The position numbers and the translations under genes are program-made. From contig NC_057728.1 in assembly GCF_004010195.1 (NCBI RefSeq), forward strand, positions 43,710,938-43,774,937: DNA of 64,000 nucleotides, read 5' to 3'. The DNA is from Chiloscyllium plagiosum (taxonomy: Eukaryota). This document shows, piece by piece, positions 24,770 to 38,031 of this stretch. Every line of letters starts with the position of its first letter. Position 1 is the first letter of the stretch. A model generated the notes under the pieces. It saw nothing but the letters and a program-made list of their open reading frames with translations. It did no database searches and was not told the origin of the DNA.

Positions 24770-26960
24770 ACACTTCACATTCTGGTAGTTTACTTTCGGT
24801 GCAGTCTTAAATAGGCTGCTTCTTAACCTGAGCTGATGTCCCTTGATCTAGAGAAACCAGGTCAGGGAAAATTTCCTATCTAGAACCACCCTGTCATAAA
24901 TTGTAAGATTTTTTGAAGTTTCAATGAAATCACCTCTCATTCATGGCACAGTGACTCAGTGGTTAGCACTGCTGCCTCACAGTGCCAGGAACCTGGGCTC
25001 GATTCCAGTCTCAGGTGACTGCGTGGAGTTTGTATATTCTCCCCATTTCCGCGTGGGTTTCCTCTGGGTGCTCTGGTTTCCTCCCACAATCCAAAGATGT
25101 GCAGGTTAGGTGAAGTGGCTATGTTAAATTGCCTGTAGTGTTCAGGAATGTGTAAGTTAAGTGCATTCATCAGTGGTAAACGTAGAGAAAGAGGGTAGGG
25201 GAATGAGTCTGGGTGGGTTACTCTTCAGAGGTTCAGCGTGGACTTGTTGAGCCAAATAGCCTGTTTCCACACTTTAGGGATTCTATGATTCTTCAAAAAT
25301 CTAAGCATGCAATCCGTGGATTACGAATGAGTTTTGTTCTTGAGGTCATTTGCAAGTCAATTTGTATGCAAGTTGGACAACAATGAAAAACAATATATAG
25401 GCAATGTTTGCATGTCACATCTAAAAAATTACAAAGATTGCAATCACAAGTCAGACATCCATGAACCGGGGACCCCTGTGGATCCAGTTTTCTAAATATT
25501 GTCTCATAAAACAATCCCACCATCCCAGTGATTAATCTGATGAACCTTTGACCATTCCCTTTATAGCAAATACATCTTTCCTTAGATAATGAGACCAAAA
25601 CTGTATGTAATAATCCAAAGAGGCTTCATCAAGTTTCAAAACAACTGCAACAAGATATTAGTGAAAAGTCATTTTACCTCCTTAATTACTTGCTGTGCAT
25701 GCATAGTAACCTTTTGTGCAGTACAACCACCAAATCACTCTGTACTGCACTTTATTTTTGGACTCTCTCCCCTTGTAAATAACAGTCTGCCCTCTGATTT
25801 TTTCTACCAAAGTGCATAATTTCACACCTTCCTGCATTAAACCTCATCTGCCAAGCTTTTGTTCACTTACTCAACTTATCAATATCCCCTTATAGACTAT
25901 CTATGTCCTTAGCATAACATACCCTTGAACTTCTTTTGTCAAGGGTTCTGCACTCCAGTTAGCTAATCTCTTTTTATAGACCTGTTGATTTTATATTTTT
26001 TACAAATTTACTTTCATAATCAATTTTCTCTGTCTGTATTAACTTCACAATCAGATGCTGCAAGTTCCTAAAAAAAATTCCAAATTCTATGGCCTTCTAC
26101 TAGTTTTTGCTGCTTTTCATGCCTTATCGTTTGATTGGATACTCTTCTTGACTACCTTTGTTAATCACAGGCCGTTCACCCTTCTCCATCTTTTTTCCCA
26201 AAATAAACATTTGCTGACTGTTATGAAATATCTGTTTAAATGTTTGCCACCCGTCATCCACTGACTTTCTCCTTAGTTTATTTTGCAAACTGTTTTAGAC
26301 AATTCTTTCTTCACACCTCTGTAATTACCCTAACTTAAGTTGAGGATACTGGTCTGAGACTCAGCTGGCTGTCACCCTAGCTGAATTTGAAATTCTACCA
26401 TTTTGTGATTACAAGATTTTTATTAATCTTATCTCATTAAACATTACTGCAACTGAAATTGTCTGTTCTTAGGTAGGTTCTGCAATGTATTGCTCACACA
26501 TTCTAAAAATTTGTCTTCCATGTTACCCCGTCCATCTGATTTTTCCAGTTAATATGCAGATTAAAATCACCCGTGACGACTATAGTGCTGCCCTTTTTAT
26601 ACTCCTCCAATATTTCCTGGGTTATACATTGTCCTAGTGAGGCATCTTTTTAGGAACCTATAGACCACTCCCATCCATGACTTCTTCCCTTGCTTTTCCT
26701 AAAGAAATGATTCCATATCAAAGTCTATTGGACTTGCATGCTAGCTTTTAGTATGTCATGGATAAGGACACACAGATCCCTCTGGAGATCCACACTTTTC
26801 AACCTCATATAATTTAAGAAATATTCTACCCTTTGACCTTTTTATTTTATCACCATATTCCACCAGCCATGTTCTAACACATTCACTTAGCCTATCCCAA
26901 GTCCTCATGATGACTCCTGGATACCATTCTTCCCACCAGTTTGGTGTCATCTGCAGATTA
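24770..26960 (-). mobile_element. Very old, fragmented CR1 relic(s)
   Basis: Scattered ORF2 motifs such as QRFIRLITGMVGLFYE, ADDTKL (GCAGATGACACCAAACTG) and GDFNLHINW. Confidence 0.65.
24945..25292 (+). mobile_element. HE1-type tRNA SINE, near full length
   Basis: A/B boxes, central GGGTTTCCTCTGGGTGCTCTGGTTTCCTCCC domain and GGATTCTATGATTCT tail. Confidence 0.92.
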
Positions 26961-28131
26961 CTGGCTTACATAGTAGATTATGGATACAAAAAGAGAATTT
27001 CATCCACACATAGTTAATTTGATTTTATTTTCTCTTACTCTTTTCCTCTACAGATAGAATTAAAATCCAAAGTCTTAGTTAAACATCTTGGATCTATGTG
27101 AAGAAATTAAATAGTACCTATCAGTTACTACATTCTCAAAACTTTCAGATCATTATTGATTACTTTATCACATGCATTTCTACAGGCTAATAATCAGTCT
27201 CAAGTAATGCAAAATTATAACCAGATAGCTTTTTGCTGGGTAGATAATCAACTTTATTCAAAACTTCCATTTCCTCAGAAATCAGGTCAGAGATAATTGA
27301 CTTCCTTAACTCATTTAAATCTCACAAGCAGATGGCAGATTTTGAAGGGGGTTAAGCTGCCAATATATGTTCCTCTGTTCCAAACTATATCTCTCCCACA
27401 TGATTATCAAGAGTGCTATTTCCCAGCACCTGAGGAGTGACAGTGTTGCAGCAGGAGTGGCAAATTCTGCCTGGTCTCAGGATTTCAGCACACCTGCTTT
27501 ATTATCAACCTCTCAACCAATATCAAGTTCAGTACGAGAATACCATATTGGGTAGAATGCCTAAGAAACAGCCAAAGTGCTGTAATTCCTGCTGAACCCG
27601 CCAGATACATTGACACAGAGAAAGGTAAATCAAGGTAGTTGTAAAGATGTGAACTGTTAATGATTGGGTTTTATTTCCATGATTTGGGAATTCAAGAAAT
27701 CATTGGAAGCACTGAACTATCTAATCTGATCTGTCCATTCTAGTTGCAATTTGTTTTTGCTTTCTGATGTTCTGGTTTTTTTTCTTGCCATTATTCAATT
27801 CTTAGAAGATCTATTGTGGCCCTGGGGATCCCATTTATCACGTAGTAGCTGCATTCGTTGTGGGTTGCAATAGCTGTTATTAGTAATGAGCAGAAGGACA
27901 ATTCATCATCTCCTAAAACCCATCCATAGATATTCTGCAGAATGAAGATGCATGGCACCAGTCAGCATAATCCAACTGATTTGCATTATCCTACAGTGAT
28001 CATACAGCTGCACAACACTGGAATAGTTTTTACTATTGAAATAAGCTGCTAGCTTGTCATAGCAATCGTGCTCCAGACATGTAGGGAGCCAGTTGTTGGC
28101 ACAAATTTCAGAATTCTCTAATTCGGCTGTT

Positions 28132-30340
28132 AGAACATAAGGACATAAGAAATAGGAACAGGAATAGGCCAACTGGCCCATCAAGCTTGCTCCATCATTC
28201 AATAATGACTGATCTTTTCATGGACTCAGCTCCACTTACCCACCTGCTCACCATAACCCTTAATTCCTTTACTGTTCAAAAGTCTCTCTATCTTTGCCTC
28301 AAACACATTCAATGAGGTAGCCTCATGTGCTTCAATGGGCAGGGAATTCCACAGATTCACAATCCTTTGGGTGAAGAAGTTCCTCCTCAACTGAAACCTA
28401 AATCTGCTTCACCTTATTTTGAGGTTATATCCCCTGGTTCTAGTTTCACCCACCAGTGGAAGCAACTTTCTTGTTTCTATTCTATCTATTCCCTTCATAA
28501 TTTTACATATTTTTCTAAGATTCCCCCTCATTCTTCTTAATTCTAGTTAGTACAGCCCCAGTCTACTCAATCTCTCCTCATAAGGCAGCCTCCTCAATTC
28601 TGGAATCAACCTAATGAATCTCCTCTGTATGCCCCCTCCAGTGCAGTACATCCTTTCTCAAGTAAGACCAAAACTGTAGGCGGGACTCCAGGTGTGACGT
28701 CACCAGCACCTTGGATAGCTTTGGCATAACCTCCCTATTCTTAAACTCCATCCATCTAACAATGAAGGACAATATCCCTGTTGCACCTGCAACCAGCTTT
28801 TTGTGATTCATGTACAAAGACACCCAAGTCCCCCCGCACAGCAGTATTTTTCACCATTTAAACAACAGTCCGTTTTGCTGGTACTCCTACCAAAATAAAT
28901 GATCTCATATTTACTGATATTGTACGCCATCTGCCAGATCCGTGTCCGCTTACTTAACCTATCTATCTCCCTTTGCAGACTTTCAGTGTCCTCTGCACAC
29001 ATTGCTCTCCCACTCATTTTAGTATCATCCAAGACCTTTGACACACTACACTTGGTCCCCAATTCTAAATCATCTATGTCAATCGTAAACAATTACAGTC
29101 CTAACACTGATCACTGAGGCACATCACTAACTACTCATCGCCAACCAGAAAAACACCCATTTTTCCTGACTCTTTGCTTCCTGCTAGTTAACCAATTTTC
29201 TATCCATGCTAATACATTACCCGTAATGCCATGCACCTTCATCTTATGCAGCAGCTTTTTGTGCGGTACCTTGTTGCATGCCTTCTGGAAATCCAGATGC
29301 ACCATCTCCACCAGTTCCTAGTTGTCTACCATGCTCACAATGTCCTTAAAGATTTCCATTAAATTAGTTAAACATGAGCTGCTTTTCATGAACCCATGCT
29401 GTGTCTGTCCAGTGGGACAATTTCTATCCAGATGTCTCGCTATTTCATCCCTTATTCAAGCATTTTCCCTACTACAGAAGTTAAGCTAACGGATCTATAG
29501 TTACCTTCCTTTTGTCCTTTCTTAAACAGTGTTGTCACATTTGCTATTTTCCATTCAACCTGAACAGCCCCAGAGTCCACCGAATTTTGATAAACTACCA
29601 CAAACACATCTTCTAACTTCATCACCATCTCTTTTAATACCCTGAGATGCAATCCATCAAGGCTGGAGTCATGTCTATCTTTAGCCCCATTAGCTTGCCC
29701 AACACTGCCCTTTCAGTGATAATGACAGTTTCTAGGCCCTCATCTGTCATGGACTCCTTGTCATCAAGATATGTAATCTGTGTCTTTGAGACTGAAAACT
29801 GACACAAAATACCTGTTTAATGCCTCGGCCATTTCCTCATTCTACATTATTAAATCCTCTTTTTGATTCTCTAAGGGACCAGGTTTTACCATAGCCACTC
29901 ATTTTCATTTTATATATATAGAAATGTTTGCTATCTATTTTATATTCTGAGCTGGTTTACTCTCATAACCCATTTTAATTTACTTCAAAGCTTTTCTCGT
30001 GGCTTTCTGTTGACCTTTAAAGATTTTCCATATGCCCTTGTTTCCCACTAATCTTTGCCACTTTTTATGCACTTGCTTTCAATTTGATACCCTCCTTTAT
30101 TTCCTAAGTTATCCATGGCTGACTTTCCCTTTTTGTACAGTCCTTCCTTCTCACTGGTATATACTTTTGCTGAGCACAGTAATAAAAGTCACTTTGAAAG
30201 TTTACCACTGTTCCTCAATTGTCCCACTATGTAGTCTTTGCTCCCAGTCTACCTTAGCTAATGCCTCCCTCATCCCATTGTAGCCTCCTTCAAGCACATG
30301 ACACTGATATTGGATTTTACATTCTCACCCTCCATCTGTA
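28132..30340 (-). mobile_element. CR1 ORF2 3' half
   Basis: SKVLDDTKM, WKIANVTTLFKKG and NYRSVSLTSVVGKMLE; tail AGAACATAAGGACATAAGA. Confidence 0.9.
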
Positions 30341-31334
30341 ATTTAATGTTGGTGTCCATTGCAAAGATGATGCACTGGTTTTGTCTAGCAAGAAGTGCAT
30401 TGTTTAATGCAACTCTATACTGTGATGTGAGAGACGTGGGTGATCACCCAACCAAAACCTGCAAGTGACTTTAACAAACACAGTGAAGGATGACCCTCAG
30501 CAACAGGTTACACTTCTGGAAGTTGCATAAGCTATTGACAATTTACCTGATTACCTACAAGATCCTTCTTCATCACTCAAGAAAAATCCAAGAAATTAAC
30601 TCTTGACCAATAGATTTTGTATTTTGTTTCAAGCCTTCTCTGAGTGGTCTCCACTTTGACTGAATTGGTTTCTTCAGGGTGCTGCTTCAATCCCACACTG
30701 GCTGCAGTAGTTCATGAAGGTCTGCCTCACTTAACTAAGCCCCCCACTGGATAATTTTTCACTTCAAGATATACATAATCAATTGTTTCTCTCTAATGCC
30801 TATGGTCCTTTGTGGATATGACTTCATATACACATTCGTAAACGTAACATGCTGCTGCTCATTTTCCTTCAACTTCTCACTGCAAAAGTAATATTTATGA
30901 AAAAGAGTGATTAACAAAGATAGGTAAGAGCAAAAAAAAAATCAGAAAGTATATTGAAAGCTCAGAAAATGATATTACTATCTTCAGCTGAGTGCCTTTT
31001 TAATTCAGCATGTAGTCATATCAGATAATTTGTAAAGCCAATTTCACTTTTTGTTTAAACTTAAAAAGTTTACCTCTGGAATAAACCTCGATATTTTGCA
31101 TTTAAAATAACTCCTGGGATCAATTAATATCAGCATACCCGTTTGGAATTTAGTAACGAAGCATCTGTCCTTCTAATGGGTCCATTTCACACTAGCATCA
31201 GTTCAAAATGGCCAACAATGAGGTTAGATCGACATTCCAAATGTGGATTGGGAATATTCCACCACTGACAGGCTGGCGTACTGCCACTTGCACATTTCAT
31301 AATCGTACAGATGACAACCTGTTAACAGTTTAAT

Positions 31335-31662
31335 TTGCAAGATGTGGGCATACAAGAAAGGTGACATAATTGCTTGTCCATACGTACCAAGACAATTTGA
31401 TGGTGAGCTGCCTTCTTCAAAGGCTGCAAACAAGTCGGTGACTTGTATAGAGTCATACATGAAACAGCCCAGGTAAAGGTAGCAATAGTCCTTCTCAATA
31501 ATGAACCAGTTGTGTTTTTATGAAAATCCAGCAGCTTGATGGACATATTTACTGGTATCATTTATTGTTTTCCATTCCTTTTACATCAATTTTAAAATTA
31601 AAACTGCCATAATTGGGTTTGAACTCACATTTCTGAATTATTAATCTAGGCCTCTGGATGTA
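31335..31662 (-). mobile_element. Old SINE with CR1-derived tail
   Basis: TGGTGAGCTGCCTTCTTCAA tail homology to 54880-54900 (reverse), with a tRNA-like head remnant near 31610-31660. Confidence 0.5.
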
Positions 31663-34452
31663 TACCTATAAAATGCAAACAAAAGGAAAACTTTCCAAAC
31701 TACCAGAATTACCGATACCACAAAAACAGATCTTCGCACATATACTAGCTTTAGTAGCTATTTCTGTACAAATATATAATGGGTAATTCAAATATGATGA
31801 AAATAATACATCAACATCCAGATTATCGTATACATAGCAATCAGCATTAAAATAAACATTCCATATTACAGTTTTCAAAAGGAACATATGACCCACTAAA
31901 TACATATTACATTTGAAAATATAAGCAAAAGGATGTGGAAAGGAATGTGTGAAATAAAACTATTGTTCATAACATGCCAGACGATAACCATCTTAGATAT
32001 AATCCTAATTTCATGCAATACAGCTTCAATACATTGCCGCTGTTGAAGATTCATGAGTGTAAACAGTGTATTTTTCATACATCTCAATGATTTCAACAAC
32101 TGGATGTAAGTTTGCTCACTGAGCTGGAAGGTTTGTTTTCAGATGTTTCATCACCATACTAGTCATCAATAAGCCTCCAGTGAAGCACTGGTGGTATGGT
32201 CCATTTTTTATTTATAGGTTTAGGTTTCCTTGGGTTGGTGACATCATTTCCTGTGGTGGTGTCATTTCCTGTTCTTTTTCTCAGGGGGGTGGTAAATGGT
32301 TTCCAAAGCAATATGTTTGCTGATAGAGTTCCAGGAGTTGAAATGCCATGCTTCTAGGAATTCTCATGCATGTCTCTGTTTGGATTGTCGTAGGATGGAT
32401 ATGTTGTCCCAGTCAAAGTTATGTCCTTCCTCATCTGCATGTAAAGATACTAGTGAGAGTGGATCATGGTCTTTTTGTGGCTAGTTGATGTTTATGTATC
32501 CTGGTGGCTAGTTTTCTGCCTGTTCATCCAATGTAGTGTTTATTACAGTTCTTACAAGCTATTTTGTAAATGGTATTAGTTTTGTTTGTTGTCTGTAAAG
32601 TGTCTTTCAAGTTCATTAGCTGCTGTTTTAGTGGGTTTGTGGGCTACCATGATGCCAAAGGGTCTGAGTAGTCTGGCAGTTATTTTCAAGATGTTTTTGA
32701 TGTAAGGGAGAGTGGCGAGGGTTTCTAGACATGTGTTGTCTGCTTGTTTGGGTTTGTTGCTGAGAAATCAATAGATTTTGTTCATTGTGTACCCGTTATT
32801 TTTGAATTCAATGCATACGTGATTTTTCTCTGCTCTTCGTAGTTCCTCTGTGCTTTAGTGTGTGGTGGCTCATTGAAAAAATGTTCTAATACAGCTTCGT
32901 TTGTGGATGTTGGGATGATTGCTTCTATAGTTCAGTATTTGGTCTGTATGTGTTGTTTTCCTGTAGATGCTGGTTTGAAGTTCCCCATTGGCTGTTCACT
33001 CTATTGCAACTTCTAGAAATGGCAGTTTGTTGTTGCTTTCCTTCTCTTTAGTGAATTTTATGCCAGGAAGGGTATTGTTAATGGTCTTGAAGCTTTCCTC
33101 TAATTTGTTTCATTTAGTGATGACAAGAGTGTTATCTCCGTAGTAGACCCAATGTTTGGGTTGGATGGTTGGCAGAGCTGTTTGTTCAAGTCTCTGCGTT
33201 ACTGCCTCTGCTAAGAATCCTGATATTGGAGATTCCATGGGTGTTCCGTTGGTTTGTCTGTAGGTTTTGTTGTTGAAGGTGAGTTGGATGGTTGGCAGAG
33301 CTGTTTGTTCAAGTCTCTGCGTTACTGCCTCTGCTAAGAATCCTGATATTGGAGATTCCATGGTGTTCCGTTGGTTTGTCTGTAGGTTTTGTTGTTGAAG
33401 GTGAAGTGGGTGGTAAGGCATAGGTCCACTAGCTTGACAATATTGTCCTTGCTAATGAAGTTGGTCGTGTTTGCTGTAAGTGTCTTTGATTCTTCTAATA
33501 GTGTAGTTGGTGTTTCCTTGGCCAGGTTGATGTTGATGGATGTGAATAGGGCTGATACATCAAAGGAGACCTTTATTTCATCCTCTTCTTTCTTGGTGTC
33601 TTTGATGGTCTTCAGGAATTCTTGAGTGGAGTGGATGGAGTGGCATGAGTCTTCTACTAAGTTTTTTAGTCTTTGATGTAGCTCCTTGGTTAATCTGTAA
33701 GATGGTGTTCTGGGTAGTGCGACTATGGGTCGGAGGGGGACACCTGGTTTCTGAATTTTGGGTAATCTGTCGCAGTGTGTTGGATTCGTCTGGTTTCATT
33801 TTGTGGAAGTCGATCTTACTTCTGAAGTTTTTTGAGTAGGGCTGTGATTCGATTCTCTAGTTAATGGGTCGGGTCTATCGCCACTTGTTGGTCAGTGTTG
33901 GTATCTGAGAGCAGTACGTTCACTTTCACAATGTAGTGTCTTTGATTTAAAATGACCGTCAAGCATCCTTTGTCTGCAAGTAGGATAACAATTTTATCCT
34001 TTTTCAGTCCTTCTAGTGCTTTCCTTTCTTGTGTATTGAGTGTGCTTCCTTCCTTTTTCCTCCTTAATGTCAGTGCGGCTGTCGGTCTGATGGTTTGCTG
34101 GGTTCCTTCTGTGAGTTTGTTGTTTTTCAGTGTTGTTTCTACTGCAGATAAGAAATCGTTCTTGTCCGTATCCTGGACGTTGTAATTTAATCTTCTTACT
34201 AAGAAATCTGGAGAAATAAATAAGACAGACTTCCACAAAATGAAACCAGATGGATCCAACACACCACACTTCTACGGACTACACAAAATTTGCAAACGAG
34301 GAGACCCCTCCCCAGACCCATAGTCTTGCTACGCGGAACACCAACTTACAGAATAACCAAGGAGCTACACCAAAGACTAAAACTCTTAGTAGAAGACTCA
34401 CGCCACTCCATCCACTCCACCCAAAAATTCCTGAAGACCATCAAAGACACCA

Positions 34453-35525
34453 TAAGACCATAAGACATAGGAGTGGAAGTAAGGCCATTCAGCCCATCGA
34501 GTCCACTCCGCCATTCAATCATGGTTGATGGGCATTTCAACTCCACTTACCCGCATTCTCCCCGTAGCCCTTAATTCCTTCTGACATTAAGAATTTATCA
34601 ATCTCTGCCTTGAAGACATTTAGCGTCCCGGCCTCCACTGCACTCTGCGGCAGTGAATTCCACAGGCCCACCACTCTCTGGCTGAAGAAATGTCTCTGCA
34701 TTTCTGTTCTGAATTTGCCCCCTCTAATTCTAAGGCTGTGTCCACGGGTCCTAGTCTCCTTGCCTAACGGAAACAATTTCATAGCGTCCACCCTTTCCAA
34801 GCCATGTATTATCTTGTAAGTTTCTATTAGATCTCCCCTTAATCTTCTAAACTCCAATGAATACAATCACAGGACCCTCAGCCATTCCTTGTATGTTAGA
34901 CCTACCATTCCAGGGATCATCCGTGTGAATCTCCGCTGGACACGCTCCAGTGCCAGTATGTCCTTCCTGAGGTGTGGGGACCAAACTGGACACAGTACTC
35001 CAAATGGGGCCTAACCAGAGCTTTATAAAGTCTCAGTAGCACAACAGTGCTTTTATATTCCAACCCTCTTGAGATAATTGACAACATTGCATTCGCTTTC
35101 TTAATCACGGACTCAACCTGCATGTTTACCTTTAGAGAATCCTCGACTAGCACTCCCAGATCCCTTTGTACTTTGGCTTTATGAATTTTCTCACCATTTA
35201 GAAAGTAGTCCATGCTTGTATTCTTTTTTCCAAAGTGCAAGACCTCGCATTTGCTCACATTGAATTCCATCAGCCATTTCCTGGACCACTTTCCCAAACT
35301 GTCTAGATCCTTCTGCAGCCTCCCCACTTCCTCAGTACTACCTGCCTGTCCACCTAACTTCATATCATCGGCAAACTTCGCTAGAATGCCCCCAGTCCCT
35401 TCATCCAGGTCATTTATATATAACATTAACAGCTGCGGCCCCAACACTGAACCCTGCGGGACACCGCTTGTCACCGGCTGCCATTCCGAAAAAGAACCTT
35501 TTATCCCAACTCTCTGCCTTCTGTC
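34453..35525 (-). mobile_element. Young 5'-truncated CR1 inserted in the PLE plus arm
   Basis: Near-intact ORF2 end (SGVPQGSVLGPQL, FADDMK, RRLRGDLIETYKI), (CCATAAGA)n tail, and 8-bp TSD AGACACCA at 34445-34452 and 35526-35533. Confidence 0.95.
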
Positions 35526-36028
35526 AGACACCAAGATAGAAGAGGATGAAATAATGGTATCCTTTGACGTAACAACCCTAGTTACATCCATCAGCATTAA
35601 CCTGGCCAAGGAAATACTGATCACACTATTAGAAGAACCAAGACACATTCAGCAAACACCACCAACTTCATCAGCAAGGACAATATCATCAGCTTGTGGA
35701 TCTATGCCTTATCACTCACTTCACCTTCAACAACAAAACCTACAGACAAACCAACGGAACACTCATGGGATCTCCAATATCAGAGTTCTTAGCAGAGGCA
35801 GTAATGCAGTGACTCGAACAAACAGCTCTGCCAACCATCCAACCCAAATTTTGGGTCCGCTACATGGATGACACCTTTGTCATCATTAAACGAAACAAAT
35901 TAGAGGAAACCTTCAACACCATCAACAATACCCTTTCTAGCATAAAATTCACTAAAGAGGAAAACAACAACGGAAACCTAAATACAGAAATAAAAAGCGG
36001 GCCTTACTACCAGTGCTTCACCAGAGTC

Positions 36029-36068
36029 TCACTGATGATGTTACCTAGTATAGTAACGAAACATCTGA
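36029..36068 (+). ncRNA. Minimal type-I hammerhead ribozyme-like motif in the PLE terminal repeat (probably inactivated by CpG decay)
   Basis: TCA-CTGATGA-T-GTTAC-ctagtata-GTAAC-GAAA-CATC-TGA: catalytic core boxes, a 5-bp stem II and a TCA/TGA stem I. Confidence 0.65.
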
Positions 36069-36366
36069 AAACAAACCTTCTAGCTCAGTGAGCTAACATG
36101 CATCTAGAACCTCAACATGAGCTACAAATCTTATTAAAACTCACTAATTTCAGCAACTACTTTTCCCAAGTCTAAATTGCTATTGTATATCTTTTCAAAT
36201 CAGTTTTACTTTTCAGTTAGCACCATGCCAATTAGGTATACACTATGGACACTTATATAGTTTGCTAGTAAGTTCTATACCTGTAAATATTTGTGAGTTG
36301 GTTCCTTTTATAAATATCTTTAGATCCTCAAGATAAAACACCATCTCCTTGAAGCATCTATGTCAA

Positions 36367-37125
36367 GACCAAAAATGAAACGATACCAGTATAGTCCAAC
36401 AAGTTTATTTGAAATTGCAAGCTTTTGGAACTCCACTCCTTCCTCAGGTGTGGTATAATACGGAGGTATAAAACACAGTATTTATAAACAAAAGTTTAAC
36501 AACCTTAAAACTAGCTGCCCTTGTTGAATCCTTTAATCAGTTAGGTGGTAGACTATTGACTAAAATGCAAAATCAAGATTCCTTTCAAGAGTTTCTCCCT
36601 CGATAATTAAAGGTTTTATCAATGTACAAGGGGTGATAGCTCAAGTTAGACAATGCACTTTAGCTGTGAGATCCTGCTTCAAATCTATGTTTTAAGCTGA
36701 AGTCTGTTTTCTTTATTTTGACGGAAAATAACCTACATTCAAAGGTTTTTTTTCTGTCAAAAAAATGGACCTCAGCTTAAAACATAGATTAAAAGCAGGA
36801 CATCATACCTAAAGTTCATTGTCTAACCTGAATATCACTCCTTGGACGTTGTTAAAACCTTTAATTATCTGGGGACAAAGACTTGAAAGGAATCTGGAGT
36901 TTGCACTTTAATCAGCAGTCCACTTCCTAACTAATTAAAGGATTCAACAAGGGCAGCTAGTTTTAAAGTAGTTAATTTTTTTGCTTATAAATACTTTATC
37001 TTAAACCTCCCTAACACACCACACCTGAGGAAGGAGTGGAGCTCCAAAAGCTTGCAATTTCAATAACTTGGTGTTGTTTGATTTTTGGCCTTGTCCACCC
37101 CAGTCCAACCCCAGCATCACCATAT
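36367..37125. mobile_element. Non-coding PLE-derived fold-back element (~350-bp inverted arms)
   Basis: 36406-36715 is the reverse complement of ~36770-37066. Degenerate TSD CATCTATGTCAA (36355) / CATCCATATCAA (37126). Confidence 0.85.
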
Positions 37126-38031
37126 CATCCATATCAATAGCTTAGAATCTTCAGCATGTAAACATTGATTTCACCTTTGAACATTTCCCTTTGCAATGCA
37201 TTTCTGTTGTTTATATCCTCACTTTTCACAAGAATATAGACAGAACAATAACAATGAACTCAAAATCTCAAGTATGATAGGTATTGCTTGAATGTTTATT
37301 ATCCTTGCGCAGGACCATCACAAACCAATTGTACAAGAATTTTATATAAGTACAGAAATATATTCTCTATTAAATATTTAATCATAACATAATTTTATAA
37401 TAGTTTAATCATTAAAAAATAAATTATATGTCATTGTTTAACTCAGCATTTTAATATTTTATACATAGCTTTTTTTTCAATAAATTAAATTCTGGACTTT
37501 GAGAAGCTTTTCAAATCTATTAAATACAATCGATTAACATATAATTTAATTACTTGTTCGACTGTATATTAGTAAATTGGATTAGTTAAATATTGGATTT
37601 GCATAGCTTGCTTTAAAAAAATAAAAAAAGTTTGTTTGTGCAAAGAAATAACAGTGAACCAGATTACAAACAAAAATGCATATCTCTACAGAAATGAAAT
37701 TTATAATTCACAAATTGGCCATGTTTCCTTCACCAAGTTCCTCCTTTAAAATACTACGCGTAGTAATATTACCGCGATCCATCTGCCAAACTAAACTGTA
37801 CTGGTCAATTCGGTGCTGCACAGCAGTCAAATGCATTACAGGCTATAGGGTGCACCCAGTCCAGAAAGCCTAATGGCAAACAACTGGACCTGGTGGTAAA
37901 AGTCATGAGTAACACAGAACATTAGTAATAAAATCGAGAAGCAGAAAGAAGGCTATGGGTTTGCAATTAATGCACATTGCCGTTAGACACTGCAGATTTT
38001 CAGTATTGCTTTCAGAAATCAAGGTGCCTAC

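Larger units (their letters stand above)
32102..36146. mobile_element. Penelope-like element (Poseidon/Penelope type) in head-to-head inverted arrangement: minus arm 32102-~34200 (RT + GIY-YIG), plus arm ~34205-36146 (RT, internally deleted)
   Basis: RT motifs SFDVTTLVTSI, GTPMESPISGFLAE and W.RYMDDTFVI. GIY-YIG-like YKIACKNCNKHYIG lies on the minus strand at ~32570-32525. The same 3' terminal sequence occurs at both ends. 12-bp TSD ATTTCA(A/G)CAACT at 32090-32101 and 36147-36158. Confidence 0.9.

Noticed and set aside
25298..25480. Possible Tigger/mariner MITE fragment
   Set aside because: Only one TIR-like end is suggestive; no partner TIR or TA duplication was confirmed.
34917..35648. 243-aa ORF as a novel fusion protein
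   Set aside because: It is CR1 ORF2 read in from the antisense strand of the flanking PLE across the insertion junction.
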